From: Promethearchaeota archaeon
GTDB taxonomy: Archaea > Asgardarchaeota > Lokiarchaeia > Sigyniarchaeales > SOKP01
Length of the DNA stretch: 64,000 nucleotides
Direction: 5' to 3'
Assembly (NCBI GenBank): GCA_048939015.1
Contig: JBHLPW010000004.1
Span: 50,663-114,662, forward strand
This document shows, in pieces, positions 48,665 through 58,780 of the stretch (the stretch's first letter is position 1; every line of letters begins with the position of its first letter). Below the pieces are notes generated by a model. It saw nothing but the letters and a program-made list of their open reading frames with translations, was not told the origin of the DNA and did no database searches. The position numbers and the translations under genes are program-made.

Positions 48665-50875
48665 TCAAAATTCAATATCTCTATGTTGCATTTCTAAAAG
48701 ACGCTTATACTTCCTGTTTAAATCAATCAACTGTTCATGATTTCCTTGTTCAATAATTCCTTTCTTATCAGCATTTAATACTATTATATGATCAGCATTT
48801 TTAATTGTTGATAGACGATGTGCAATAATAATAGTTGTGCGTCCTTCACGTGCCTTATTTAATGCATCCTGAATCAACGTTTCTGTATAAGGATCTACCG
48901 AAGATGTTGCTTCATCTAAAATTAAGATTTTAGGGTCAGTTATTAAAGCACGGGCAAAAGCTATTAATTGTCTTTGTCCAATTGAAATATTACTGGCATT
49001 TTCTTTTAATTTAGTATCATATTTTCTATGTAATGCTTCAATAAAATTATGGAGTCCTAAAAATTTTGAAACTCCTATCATCTTTTCTTCAAGATCTAAC
49101 GAATGAGTATCAAATCCATATAATATATTTTCTCGAATGGTTCCAGTAAATAAAAATGCTTCTTGTGGAACAATTCCAATTAAATTTCTTAAATCTCTTT
49201 TTCTTACCTTTAGAATATCAACACCATCTATGAGAATCTTTCCTTTATTTACATCATAGAAACGAGCAATTAATTTTATTAACGTTGTTTTACCAGCCCC
49301 AGTTTCCCCTACGATTGCTAAAGTTATTCCTCTTGGAATTTTTAAAGAAAGATCTTTTAAAACAAAACCCTTAGATTCTATGTGTTGAAGACGTAATTTC
49401 TCTTCATTTATTGCATCATTTACGACTTTAGGGATTCTTTCCTTTATTTCGGGAGGTATTGGTGTTTTTAAAAGTTTTTTCAAAATTGATTGAGGTGATT
49501 TTTGTGCCCTCTCACTGCTAATCATTCCCCCTCCCTCAGCACTAAAGCTACTTCCATGCTGAAGACTTGTTTTAGCTTTTAATATCCTTTCTAAAGATTC
49601 AACCATTTTTACGATGTCTTCGGAAGTTAAGATTTCATTGAATGCATCAGATTCAGTTTCTCTTTTTTTTCTTGATTTTTCTTTTTTTCCTCTGTTATTA
49701 AGTATATAACCAAAGCTTACATTATCAAATTCAATAGCACCATTTAATTCTTGAAGTAGGACTGGATATTCAATATCAGGAATCTCAGCCTCTTCTTCTA
49801 ATAAAGTATAAATACGGTCACTAGCCGCAAGGGCAGATTCTATAACATTTTGAATTTGCATTAAAGTCATAAAGGGTCTGAAAAATTGTCCTAAAATGGT
49901 GATAAATGCACTCAAAACCCCCACTGAAACACTAATCCCAAAAAGCGAAATATTTCCAGAAGCAAAAAAACCTCCAACTAATAAAATAGTTCCTGTAATA
50001 ATTGTTGTAGTAAGATTGATTAAAGGAAAAATTGTTGCCATATAACTTCGGATTCTAATCATAATTTTATAATTTGCAGTATTTGCCTTATCAAATTCAA
50101 TAGCAGCTCTTCTTTCTTGACCATAAGCTTTCACCACTTTTGCACCCTCGATATTTTCCTGAATTGAAGATGTTACTCTCCCAATTGTTCTTCTTTCCTC
50201 CTTAAATAATAACGTGGCAACTTTTTTGAAAAATCGAGTAATTATAAAAAATAAAGGGAATATCACCAAGCTAATTAATGCTAAACTTATATTGAGAAAG
50301 AACATAAAGACTACAGTTAATCCAATCGAGACCATACTTGTGATAATTTGAACAAATTGACCCCCAACTAATTGGTTAAGCAATGTAACATCGTTTGTCA
50401 AGATTGATATTATTTGTCCAGAAGATCTTTTATCAAAATAATTTAAAGACATATCTTGAAGTTTAAAAAATAGATCATTTCTAATTTGATAAGTTACTTC
50501 TTGAGAAATTTTACCCATCCCATATGAGGCAATAAAATTCGCAACCGCCATAATTAATACTAATGTCAGGAAAATTCCACTCATTATAACGACAAAATAT
50601 GAATTTTTCATGACAATACCTTTATCGATAATATTTGCTGAAAAAATTGGAGTTAGTGCAGAAATAATAGTTGCAATTAGCAGAAAGATAAAGAACAGGA
50701 TGAATTTTGATTTTTGAGGCTTTAAATATGAAATTAACCATCTCCATAATTCCTTTCTCGGATGATCAAGTTTCGATTTATCCCCTTCTAACATAAAACG
50801 TTGACGAGTACTAGCACTTGGTTTAATAATTTCTTCTCTTTCCTCGTCATTATCTTTATACTTATTATCACTCAT
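48665..50875 (-). CDS. ABC exporter half-transporter (TMD-NBD) with a large NBD insertion
   Basis: TM domain; GETGAGKT, ISIGQRQ, ILDEAT, AHR. Confidence 0.92.
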   Translation of the reverse strand: MSDNKYKDNDEEREEIIKPSASTRQRFMLEGDKSKLDHPRKELWRWLISYLKPQKSKFILFFIFLLIATIISALTPIFSANIIDKGIVMKNSYFVVIMSGIFLTLVLIMAVANFIASYGMGKISQEVTYQIRNDLFFKLQDMSLNYFDKRSSGQIISILTNDVTLLNQLVGGQFVQIITSMVSIGLTVVFMFFLNISLALISLVIFPLFFIITRFFKKVATLLFKEERRTIGRVTSSIQENIEGAKVVKAYGQERRAAIEFDKANTANYKIMIRIRSYMATIFPLINLTTTIITGTILLVGGFFASGNISLFGISVSVGVLSAFITILGQFFRPFMTLMQIQNVIESALAASDRIYTLLEEEAEIPDIEYPVLLQELNGAIEFDNVSFGYILNNRGKKEKSRKKRETESDAFNEILTSEDIVKMVESLERILKAKTSLQHGSSFSAEGGGMISSERAQKSPQSILKKLLKTPIPPEIKERIPKVVNDAINEEKLRLQHIESKGFVLKDLSLKIPRGITLAIVGETGAGKTTLIKLIARFYDVNKGKILIDGVDILKVRKRDLRNLIGIVPQEAFLFTGTIRENILYGFDTHSLDLEEKMIGVSKFLGLHNFIEALHRKYDTKLKENASNISIGQRQLIAFARALITDPKILILDEATSSVDPYTETLIQDALNKAREGRTTIIIAHRLSTIKNADHIIVLNADKKGIIEQGNHEQLIDLNRKYKRLLEMQHRDIEF

Positions 50876-50891
50876 CCATATTCATTTCTAA

Positions 50892-52655
50892 TTATGTTGC
50901 TTCTCCAATTTGATCTTTTAGCTTTTGTTTTTGATATAAAGTTTCATATATTTGTTTATATAAGACATTTGATCTTATTAATTCATTATGAGTTCCATAA
51001 CCTACGACACGACCTCTATCTAAAATTAAAATTAAATCAACTCCTCTAATAGTAGAAATTCTCTGTGTTATGATAATAGAAGTTATCCCTTCCATTACTC
51101 TAGTTAATGCTTGTTGGATTTTATATTCGGTTTCCACATCAACAGAACTAGTACTATCATCAAGTATTAAGATTTTGGGTTTTGTTAGAAGAGCTCTTGC
51201 TATTGATAAGCGCTGTTTTTGTCCCCCTGATAACCTTGTACCTCTCTCACCCACGATTGAATCATATCCGTTTGGTAAATTAACAATAAAATCATGTAGA
51301 TCTGCAATTTTTGCAGCTTCAACAATCTCTTCTTTAGAGGCGTCTTCTCTGCCATATGCTATATTTTCGGCTATAGTTTTGTTAAATAGAAATGTTTCTT
51401 GAGATACAATACTAATATTTTTGCGTAAATCTGATATTAAATAATTTTTTATATCTTGTTTATCAATTTTAATAGATCCTTCATTCACTTCATAAAATCG
51501 AGGGATTAAATTTATTATAGTAGATTTGCCTGAACCTGTTGTACCTAAAATAGCAAGTTTTTTCCCAGCAGGAATATTAAAGTTAACATTCTTTAAAATA
51601 CGATGATCAGTAGTATATCCAAAGCACACATTATCAAAATCAATATCTCCTTTTAAATTAGATATAGACATTGCATTTGGTAGATCATTTATTTCTGGAC
51701 TGGAATCTAAAATATCTCGTACTCTAGTAAGTGCTGCATCTGCTTGAATATACACCAGCATAATTTGTCCTAACATCATTAAAGGAAAACCTAATGTTGC
51801 TATATAAGAGAGAAGAGTTACGACTGTATCTAAATCCATTGTTCCATTTATAAATCTAAAACCACCTATAAATAACGAACAAATGGTCATTACACCAATG
51901 ATTATATATGTAGAGGGGATAAATAGGGAATTATATTTTACAGAATCAACACTGGCTTTATAGAAACGTGAATTATTTACTTTAAATTTTTGATATTCTT
52001 TTTTTTGAGTACTAAATATCCGGACTACTTGAGCACCAATAATATTCTCCCTTATTGTTGTTGTCAAATCACCAAAACTATTCCTTGTTTCCAGGAAGAT
52101 TGGTTTTAATTTTTTAGCAATATAATATGATAATAGAAGAGAAATCGAAATTGCAATAACTAATATAAAAGATAAATCAAAGCTAAATGCAAAAAAGCCA
52201 ATAATAATCCCACTAATCTGAAGCGTTGATTGTAAACCTAAAATTAATCCCATCCCAAAAATTTGTCGAGTTTCTTCGATATCACTTGTAGCTCGAGAGA
52301 TTAATTGTCCTGTTTCAGTTTTATCAAAATATGAAAAAGTCTGACGGTAAAGAGCATTACTAATATCATCTCGTAAATAATACAAAGCTCTTGATGAAAC
52401 TTCAGCTCCTTGAAGTCGAGCCGATCTATTGAAAATATATGTTAATAATGCTAATATTAATATCATAAAAAAGTATAATAAAAAAGCTACAAAATTAAAG
52501 CTTGGGAGATTTGGATCCAATAATCCAACCATTCTCCCTATAAAGATGGGAGTAATAGTATTAAAAATCGTAGAAAATAATAAAAATATGATTTGTAAAA
52601 TGAATTCTCTCTTTGATCTCACCCAATACTTGAATATCATTCGAGCAGATTTCAT
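50892..52655 (-). CDS. ABC exporter half-transporter, degenerate-site partner
   Basis: GTTGSGKS, LSGGQ, ILDDS (Asp for catalytic Glu), TQR (Gln for His), as in heterodimeric exporters. Confidence 0.92.
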   Translation of the reverse strand: MKSARMIFKYWVRSKREFILQIIFLLFSTIFNTITPIFIGRMVGLLDPNLPSFNFVAFLLYFFMILILALLTYIFNRSARLQGAEVSSRALYYLRDDISNALYRQTFSYFDKTETGQLISRATSDIEETRQIFGMGLILGLQSTLQISGIIIGFFAFSFDLSFILVIAISISLLLSYYIAKKLKPIFLETRNSFGDLTTTIRENIIGAQVVRIFSTQKKEYQKFKVNNSRFYKASVDSVKYNSLFIPSTYIIIGVMTICSLFIGGFRFINGTMDLDTVVTLLSYIATLGFPLMMLGQIMLVYIQADAALTRVRDILDSSPEINDLPNAMSISNLKGDIDFDNVCFGYTTDHRILKNVNFNIPAGKKLAILGTTGSGKSTIINLIPRFYEVNEGSIKIDKQDIKNYLISDLRKNISIVSQETFLFNKTIAENIAYGREDASKEEIVEAAKIADLHDFIVNLPNGYDSIVGERGTRLSGGQKQRLSIARALLTKPKILILDDSTSSVDVETEYKIQQALTRVMEGITSIIITQRISTIRGVDLILILDRGRVVGYGTHNELIRSNVLYKQIYETLYQKQKLKDQIGEAT

Positions 52656-52715
52656 TTAGAACCTAACTTTTATTAATTTTAAATCATGTTTAGTAAGAAT
52701 ATATTAAAAAAAAAA

Positions 52716-53507
52716 TTATTGGCTTATTTCCATCTTATTAAAGGATCGAGCTCCGATTAAAATCAATATCGTTCCAAAACCGACAGTGATTATTAAATCA
52801 ACCCAAAAAGGGAAATAAGATACTCCTAATAAAACAAATCGAAAGAGATCTACACTATAGGAAAACGGATTGAACATTAGAATCAATGGGGGAAATGGAA
52901 TCAATGTACCCGAAAGCCACATCATTGGCATTATAATAAAAGTTTGTATTAAACCAAATGATTGCATATCTCTTAAACGTGTACTAATCGTTAAACCTAT
53001 CCCTACAATTCCAAGACTAGCAAGGAAAGCAACAGGTAAGATAAGTATTGTGCGCCAAATTAAACTAAGATCATATCCAAAATAACCAAAGATAACTCCT
53101 AAACCTATCATTATCACAACTTGTATCATTGTTTGCAAAGCAACACCAGTAGTTCTTCCAAGCATTATCGTTCTTCGACTTACTGGGGCAACCATCAACT
53201 CCTTCATAAAACCAAACATTTTATCTCTAAATACTGACATCCCTCCAAAGATCCCGGTGAAAAGGATTACCATTGCTGCAATACCTGATGCAGCAAAAGC
53301 TTTTGAATCAATAATAATTCCGCTTATCGATATATTTGCACTAGAAAATGAAAACCCTATTCCAAATACAAAGAGAAATAATATTCCTTGGGCAAGAGAA
53401 GAAATTACTCTTGATTTATTCCTCCAGAACTCCATCAATTCTCTTTTTGCTAAAATCCACACTGCGTTATAATTAACTTTTGATTTTACAAGATTTAAAT
53501 CAGACAT
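52716..53507 (-). CDS. ABC-2 type permease
   Basis: About 6 TM segments; DKMFGFMKELMVAPVSR, NPFSYSVD. Confidence 0.88.
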   Translation of the reverse strand: MSDLNLVKSKVNYNAVWILAKRELMEFWRNKSRVISSLAQGILFLFVFGIGFSFSSANISISGIIIDSKAFAASGIAAMVILFTGIFGGMSVFRDKMFGFMKELMVAPVSRRTIMLGRTTGVALQTMIQVVIMIGLGVIFGYFGYDLSLIWRTILILPVAFLASLGIVGIGLTISTRLRDMQSFGLIQTFIIMPMMWLSGTLIPFPPLILMFNPFSYSVDLFRFVLLGVSYFPFWVDLIITVGFGTILILIGARSFNKMEISQ

Positions 53508-53514
53508 TTTTCTA

Positions 53515-54846
53515 TCACTTCCTTAATTGTCGCATTTGAATTCTTCTCTTAATATCTTTAGTATGGTTTGAAGATTCTTCTCGTATCGCGGTACCTACAT
53601 AGTGGAGAAACACATCTTCCAATGTAGGTTGATGCATATTTATATTTTTAATATTTAATTTATTTTCATTTAATTTTTGAATAATAAAGGGTAATTGTTT
53701 TCCCCCATTTTCGCAAGAAATTGAGATTGAAAGTTCTTCCTCTGCTTCATCATTAACTTCTCCTTTCTTAATTTTGATAATCTCTTCCTTTATGGTATCT
53801 GGTACTTCGTCTAGGAGGGATTCATCAAACATTTCAGCAATTTTCTTTTTAATTGCGAGTGGTGCATTTAAAAACATACCGGTTGACATTGGCATTTTCT
53901 TCCAAGCCATGATTAATTTCTTTGGATCCGATAAAATGTCTCGCATTCGTGCTTTAATCATTTCTGGATTAAAATTCGCAGGCATTCCTTTTGGAAGTTG
54001 TATATTAGGCATCATTGGTAGTTCTCCTTCACTTGTACCAATGGATACATTCTTTATTCCCGGAATTTCCTTTATTTGACTAATTATCATAGGGATCTTA
54101 AATTTTTCTTCAACATTTTCAAATTTAATATCAATAACATCGCCGCTTAATTGGTTTTTAAGATTCTCAGAAGTATCCATAGCGATGATTTTTCCATGAT
54201 CCATGATACAAATTCTATCAGCGAGCTCATCAGCCTCCTCCATGTAATGAGTAGTGATTAAGATAGTCATTTTTGAATTCCCTTTATTCAATTCTTGTAT
54301 TTTATCCCATATTTTTCTGCGTGTCTGAGGATCCAATCCCAAGGTTGGTTCATCTAGAAAAAGGACTTGTGGTTCATGAATTAGCCCTCGAGCAATCTCT
54401 AAGCGTCTTTTCATTCCCCCAGAATAATTTTTTACAAATGTATCGGCTCGATCTTGGAGATCCACCAATTCCAGAACTTCTCTTATTTTCGTATGCCTCT
54501 CTTTTTTCGGCATCCCATAAAGTATTGCGTGTAATTCCAGATTTTCCCATGCTTTCATTTCACCATCTAAGGAAGGTTCTTGAAAGACTATTCCAATACT
54601 TTTTCTGACTTTATCAGGATTATCATTAACATTATAATTATTTACAAAAGCATCTCCTTTTGTAGAAGTTAATAAGGTCGCTAGTATACTAATTGTAGTA
54701 GTTTTCCCTGCACCATTCGGTCCTAATAAAGCAAGAATCTCACCTTTTTTGATATTGAAGCTAATATCATCTACGGCTAATACATTACCTTGCTCATAAA
54801 TTTTTGTTAGATTTTTTACTTCAATTATATTATTATTCTCTATCAT
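53515..54846 (-). CDS. DrrA-like ABC ATPase with Met-rich insertion
   Basis: GPNGAGKT, YSGGM, FLDEPT, THYM, PTLEDVFL. Confidence 0.92.
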   Translation of the reverse strand: MIENNNIIEVKNLTKIYEQGNVLAVDDISFNIKKGEILALLGPNGAGKTTTISILATLLTSTKGDAFVNNYNVNDNPDKVRKSIGIVFQEPSLDGEMKAWENLELHAILYGMPKKERHTKIREVLELVDLQDRADTFVKNYSGGMKRRLEIARGLIHEPQVLFLDEPTLGLDPQTRRKIWDKIQELNKGNSKMTILITTHYMEEADELADRICIMDHGKIIAMDTSENLKNQLSGDVIDIKFENVEEKFKIPMIISQIKEIPGIKNVSIGTSEGELPMMPNIQLPKGMPANFNPEMIKARMRDILSDPKKLIMAWKKMPMSTGMFLNAPLAIKKKIAEMFDESLLDEVPDTIKEEIIKIKKGEVNDEAEEELSISISCENGGKQLPFIIQKLNENKLNIKNINMHQPTLEDVFLHYVGTAIREESSNHTKDIKRRIQMRQLRK

Positions 54847-55014
54847 TTTCTTAACTTATTTAAATGTTAATTCCAAAAATATTTTTTGATTTTAATTCAT
54901 AAAACTCAGGGATAATCCCTAAAATAATTAAATGATTATTTACTAATGCTATATTATATATAATCGTAATGTTCCACCTTTGTAATATAAAAAATAATAA
55001 AAAATAAAAGGGAT

Positions 55015-55995
55015 TTATTTATTTCTATACCTTCTTTTTTTAATCCTCAGTTTTCTGAAAATTAAATAAGCACTTAAGCATCCAATACAAATTACGACTA
55101 TGATTATTATCATATAAAAGACCCAATCTGAATTACTACTAATTATCTGATATATGATATTATTACCTTCATCTTTTACAGTAAATGAAGACATAGTTCC
55201 TTCAGAACCGTAATTAATTTCTACTATATAATCTGTTTCACCAGTGCGGTTTATAGTAAGAACTTTATTGTTAACTGCTGCATTTTTGCAATCAAGTGCA
55301 GTAATAACCTCTGCTAAATAATATCCAAATGGAAAACCTGTTGTAAGCCCATTAAAGATAAATAGCCATAGAAATTCGTCTGCATTCAAAATTGGAAAGC
55401 TAATTCCATAAATTGGGTTATCAAGAAGACTATTTAGTTCAGCTGATAAATTATTGTAATCATTGAGAATTTCATCGAAGTCTGAAGGATTTTTAAATAG
55501 TAGAAGAGCATCATTTGCATCGGTAGGATCTTCCTCAAAATTCCCAATCGTAAAATTCCATGCTGCACGTAGGCCAACCCATAGATCGTAAGTATTTGTG
55601 TAATTAGCGTTTATAGTGGTTTCATTATATCCTTGACTGTTTAATAGACCTAATAGTGGGATAAGTTCCTCAGATTCGAACAATATTGGCAAAAATAGTG
55701 AAACAAATACATCATATGTTTCCCAAGTAACATAATTCCAACCCTTAATCGTGTATTTACTTTTAGCACCTGTTCGATTTGAGTCTCCTTCAAACCAATT
55801 TGAAGGTGTCGTAGATGCATTTACTGTAGTTTTCCAATCATCTTCATCATACTGTGAAACGATAAGTACTTCAGTGCCTTTAGTTAAAGCAACATTATAA
55901 TTTCCATTAGCAACTATAGAAGTTGATAACATCCCAAAGAAAATTATAAAGAGTACTGATATTCCAATTATCCTAAATTTTGTATTTTTCCTCAT
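55015..55995 (-). CDS. Hypothetical secreted protein with C-terminal membrane anchor
   Basis: Signal-like N-terminus, C-terminal TM helix and basic tail. Confidence 0.75.
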   Translation of the reverse strand: MRKNTKFRIIGISVLFIIFFGMLSTSIVANGNYNVALTKGTEVLIVSQYDEDDWKTTVNASTTPSNWFEGDSNRTGAKSKYTIKGWNYVTWETYDVFVSLFLPILFESEELIPLLGLLNSQGYNETTINANYTNTYDLWVGLRAAWNFTIGNFEEDPTDANDALLLFKNPSDFDEILNDYNNLSAELNSLLDNPIYGISFPILNADEFLWLFIFNGLTTGFPFGYYLAEVITALDCKNAAVNNKVLTINRTGETDYIVEINYGSEGTMSSFTVKDEGNNIIYQIISSNSDWVFYMIIIIVVICIGCLSAYLIFRKLRIKKRRYRNK

Positions 55996-55996
55996 C

Positions 55997-56851
55997 TTAT
56001 AATTGCCTCCGCTTGAATAGATATGCTGCTAAAATGAAATAAAACACTATAAATACAAGTAGTAGAGTAATTCCCATCTCGATACTTGGTGTCACCCATT
56101 GACCAAATGAAAAATTACCACCCATGCCACCTGGACCCATGCCACTAAATGAAAATTCAGTATATCTTGGATCTGGAAAAGGATATTCGAGTATTCCAGT
56201 TATTAGATTACCTAAATATGCTAATGAGTATAAAGGTTCAAAATTTTCCTTAAATACCAAAGTCACTATCTGATCAGCAATATTAAATCCAATTAAGAGA
56301 AGTATTAAAGTAGTTATAATTGTTAGATTTACACTTCTCATAAATGAACTAAAAAATGTCACAAAACTACTTAGTGCTATTACATATAATATAGCAATAC
56401 CGTATGAATAAAATAGTCGGATGTTAATTGGTCCACCATAGTAATAAAATCCAAGAATTCCTAAGATAAAATAATAAATGGTTATAATAGAAACAACAAG
56501 TATTAGATTACCAAAATATTTCCCTAGTATCAATTTGTATTTGTTTATTTTGGGAAAAACTATAAAACCTGTTTTTTTATCAAATTCAGAACAGATAATG
56601 CCTGAGAAAAATAAACATGCAGAAAATAGAGTTATGAATGAAATGAATTGTAAACCATTATTAAAGAATTCTGCTTGTGTATCAGATAAAAGATAACCTG
56701 GTATTAATTGTAGAACATAACCTAATAAGACTGCTACAATTATTGCGATTAAGGAAAAGAAATAAAATTTCTTTCTTTGCTTTTTAATTTCAAAAACAAT
56801 GGTGTAAAACATTGGTTTTATTCCAGTAAATCTATTTATTCTATTTTCCAC
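55997..56851 (-). CDS. ABC-2 family permease
   Basis: About 6 TM segments; ICSEFDKKTG...LILGKY. Confidence 0.82.
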   Translation of the reverse strand: MENRINRFTGIKPMFYTIVFEIKKQRKKFYFFSLIAIIVAVLLGYVLQLIPGYLLSDTQAEFFNNGLQFISFITLFSACLFFSGIICSEFDKKTGFIVFPKINKYKLILGKYFGNLILVVSIITIYYFILGILGFYYYGGPINIRLFYSYGIAILYVIALSSFVTFFSSFMRSVNLTIITTLILLLIGFNIADQIVTLVFKENFEPLYSLAYLGNLITGILEYPFPDPRYTEFSFSGMGPGGMGGNFSFGQWVTPSIEMGITLLLVFIVFYFILAAYLFKRRQL

Positions 56852-56855
56852 TTTT

Positions 56856-57926
56856 TTACACCTCTCTATTCAATGCATTTTTTTCTTTTGAATTATTATC
56901 TTTTACCATTTCAGCATAAACTCTTTCTAGTTGAGAAGTTTTTGGCTGAGTAAATGAGATCACAGTAAAATCTGATTCGAACTCCTTGATCAAGATCTTC
57001 AAGATATCTCCTTTCGATTCATTTCTTCCATCATAAAAAATTTTTAATCCTTGCTTCTTAGGAGAATACTTCACTGGAATTTTTGATATCATTGGATCTA
57101 AATCTTTATCAAGATAAGGATCAAGTCTTTCAGTTAAACGATTTATTAATGGTTCTAATTCACTTGGTTTAATTGGCTCAAGTAACACGCAATTTAATTC
57201 ACTAGTCTTTAAAGTAAGTGCTAAATTCTCTACAGTATCAAACCCAATTATTGAGCCATAATTGATTAACGCAATTTTGTCGCATACTTCAGATATTTCA
57301 TACAGCATATGAGAAGCTACAAATATTGTTTTTCCTAGTGATTGAAGTTCTCGGATATATTTCCTAATTTCAACACGAGCTAATGGATCCAAACCTGTTT
57401 GGGGTTCGTCCAATATTATAATTTCTGGATCATGAATAAGTGCTTGAATTATTCCTATTTTTTGAGTCATTCCTTTCGAAAAAGTTTTAACCGGTTTATA
57501 TTTCCATTCAGATAGTTTGAAACGTTCTAAAAGTTCATCAATTCTTTGATCGATTTTATTCTTAGGGTAATTTTGAAGATTTGCGAAATATCTTAATAAT
57601 TGATACGCGGTCATGTTGTAAAAAGCAGGAATATCAATTAGAAAACCTATTTGACTTATAGTTCTTGAGATCTTCGCTAAATCTTGTAATTCAATACCGT
57701 TAGTTCTAATAAGAATTTTCCCCGAATTTGGTCTTAATATTTTTGCTATCATCTTAATTGTAGTAGTTTTACCTGCTCCATTCGGACCGACTAACCCTAT
57801 GGTTTCCCCTCTATGTACTTCAAGATTAATATTATTAACTGCTGTTAAATCACCAAATCTCTTAGTTAAATTTTCCAATTTTAAGACGGTTTCAGATTTG
57901 TCAACATTTTCTTCTTTAAGCATCAT
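56856..57926 (-). CDS. ABC transporter ATP-binding protein
   Basis: GPNGAGKT, FSKGM, ILDEP, ASH. Confidence 0.92.
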   Translation of the reverse strand: MMLKEENVDKSETVLKLENLTKRFGDLTAVNNINLEVHRGETIGLVGPNGAGKTTTIKMIAKILRPNSGKILIRTNGIELQDLAKISRTISQIGFLIDIPAFYNMTAYQLLRYFANLQNYPKNKIDQRIDELLERFKLSEWKYKPVKTFSKGMTQKIGIIQALIHDPEIIILDEPQTGLDPLARVEIRKYIRELQSLGKTIFVASHMLYEISEVCDKIALINYGSIIGFDTVENLALTLKTSELNCVLLEPIKPSELEPLINRLTERLDPYLDKDLDPMISKIPVKYSPKKQGLKIFYDGRNESKGDILKILIKEFESDFTVISFTQPKTSQLERVYAEMVKDNNSKEKNALNREV

Positions 57927-58650
57927 TATTATATTCCCTGTTTTTTTTAATTGCTTTATTAACCATTTCTATTATTTTATCTTTATTTAAGGAGTCCATA
58001 TTCTCAATTTCTTCAATCATATTATCTAAATCGACTCTAGCATCTTTAAAATTTTCAATTCTTCTTTCTATTTGTTGAAGCATACCTTTCAACCAGGATC
58101 TAATCCCCCTAAAAAAATCAATCGCATCATCTTTAGATTCAAATTCCTTTATTTTCTCAGATAATATCATTCTTAAACCCTTAGAGGGCGATATCTCTGA
58201 CATCATACTAAACAAATTCGCCCACCTCAATTTTAATTCGTCTAAGAATTTCCTTCCAAGATCCGTTATTATAAAGAATTTATTGGCTCGACCTTCAACT
58301 ATTTCTTCTTTAGATTCTAAATATTTCTTTTCTTCCAATTCCTGTAGAGCTCTTATCAAAGTTCCTCTTGGAAAATTATACTTTTCTTGTAACTGATACC
58401 CAGTAATTCCCTCTGGATATTCTGAAATTATCAATAAAATGATAAAATCTCTAATTTCTTGAAATGATTCCCGACCTATTGGTAGAGGTGGTTTGAAGTG
58501 ACCCTTTGAAAATGGTCGAAATGCTCCAAATGGAGGAAAACCACCAAAAGGAGGTTCGTGAGGATGTCCATGTTGATTAGGTGGATCTTGTCCCATTATT
58601 TTATGTGGTTCGTTTTCAAACCTAATATGATCTATATCTCTATTAAACAC
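57916..58650 (-). CDS. PadR-family transcriptional regulator with Pro/His/Gly-rich N-terminus
   Basis: ILLII...ITGYQL...GTL.RAL.ELEE..L....K.F.ITDLG winged-helix pattern; GTG start 9 nt after AAGGTG. Confidence 0.82.
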   Translation of the reverse strand: MFNRDIDHIRFENEPHKIMGQDPPNQHGHPHEPPFGGFPPFGAFRPFSKGHFKPPLPIGRESFQEIRDFIILLIISEYPEGITGYQLQEKYNFPRGTLIRALQELEEKKYLESKEEIVEGRANKFFIITDLGRKFLDELKLRWANLFSMMSEISPSKGLRMILSEKIKEFESKDDAIDFFRGIRSWLKGMLQQIERRIENFKDARVDLDNMIEEIENMDSLNKDKIIEMVNKAIKKNREYNNDA

Positions 58651-58675
58651 TGTCGAAAACACCTTAGAACAGTAA

Positions 58676-58699
58676 ATGTCATATGTCCAAATATGACAT
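58676..58699. promoter_or_regulatory. Candidate PadR operator (ATGTCATAT-N6-ATATGACAT)
   Basis: Perfect 9-bp inverted repeat between a TATTTAAATA box (58721-58730) and the padR start. Confidence 0.55.
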
Positions 58700-58780
58700 A
58701 TGTTCATAAAATCATTTTCTTATTTAAATATTTCGCAAAATTATTTTAATAGTGGGAATTTACAAAAAAAGTGAGTATTC

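Noticed and set aside
54908-54920. AGGGAT-A-ATCCCT palindrome upstream of the DrrA-like gene
   Set aside because: Only 6-bp arms, no second copy noticed, and no match to the PadR-proximal palindrome.
58651-58707. Longer PadR N-terminus from the ORF track (MNICHIW...)
   Set aside because: It overlaps the putative promoter and operator; the SD-preceded GTG at 58650 is more plausible.
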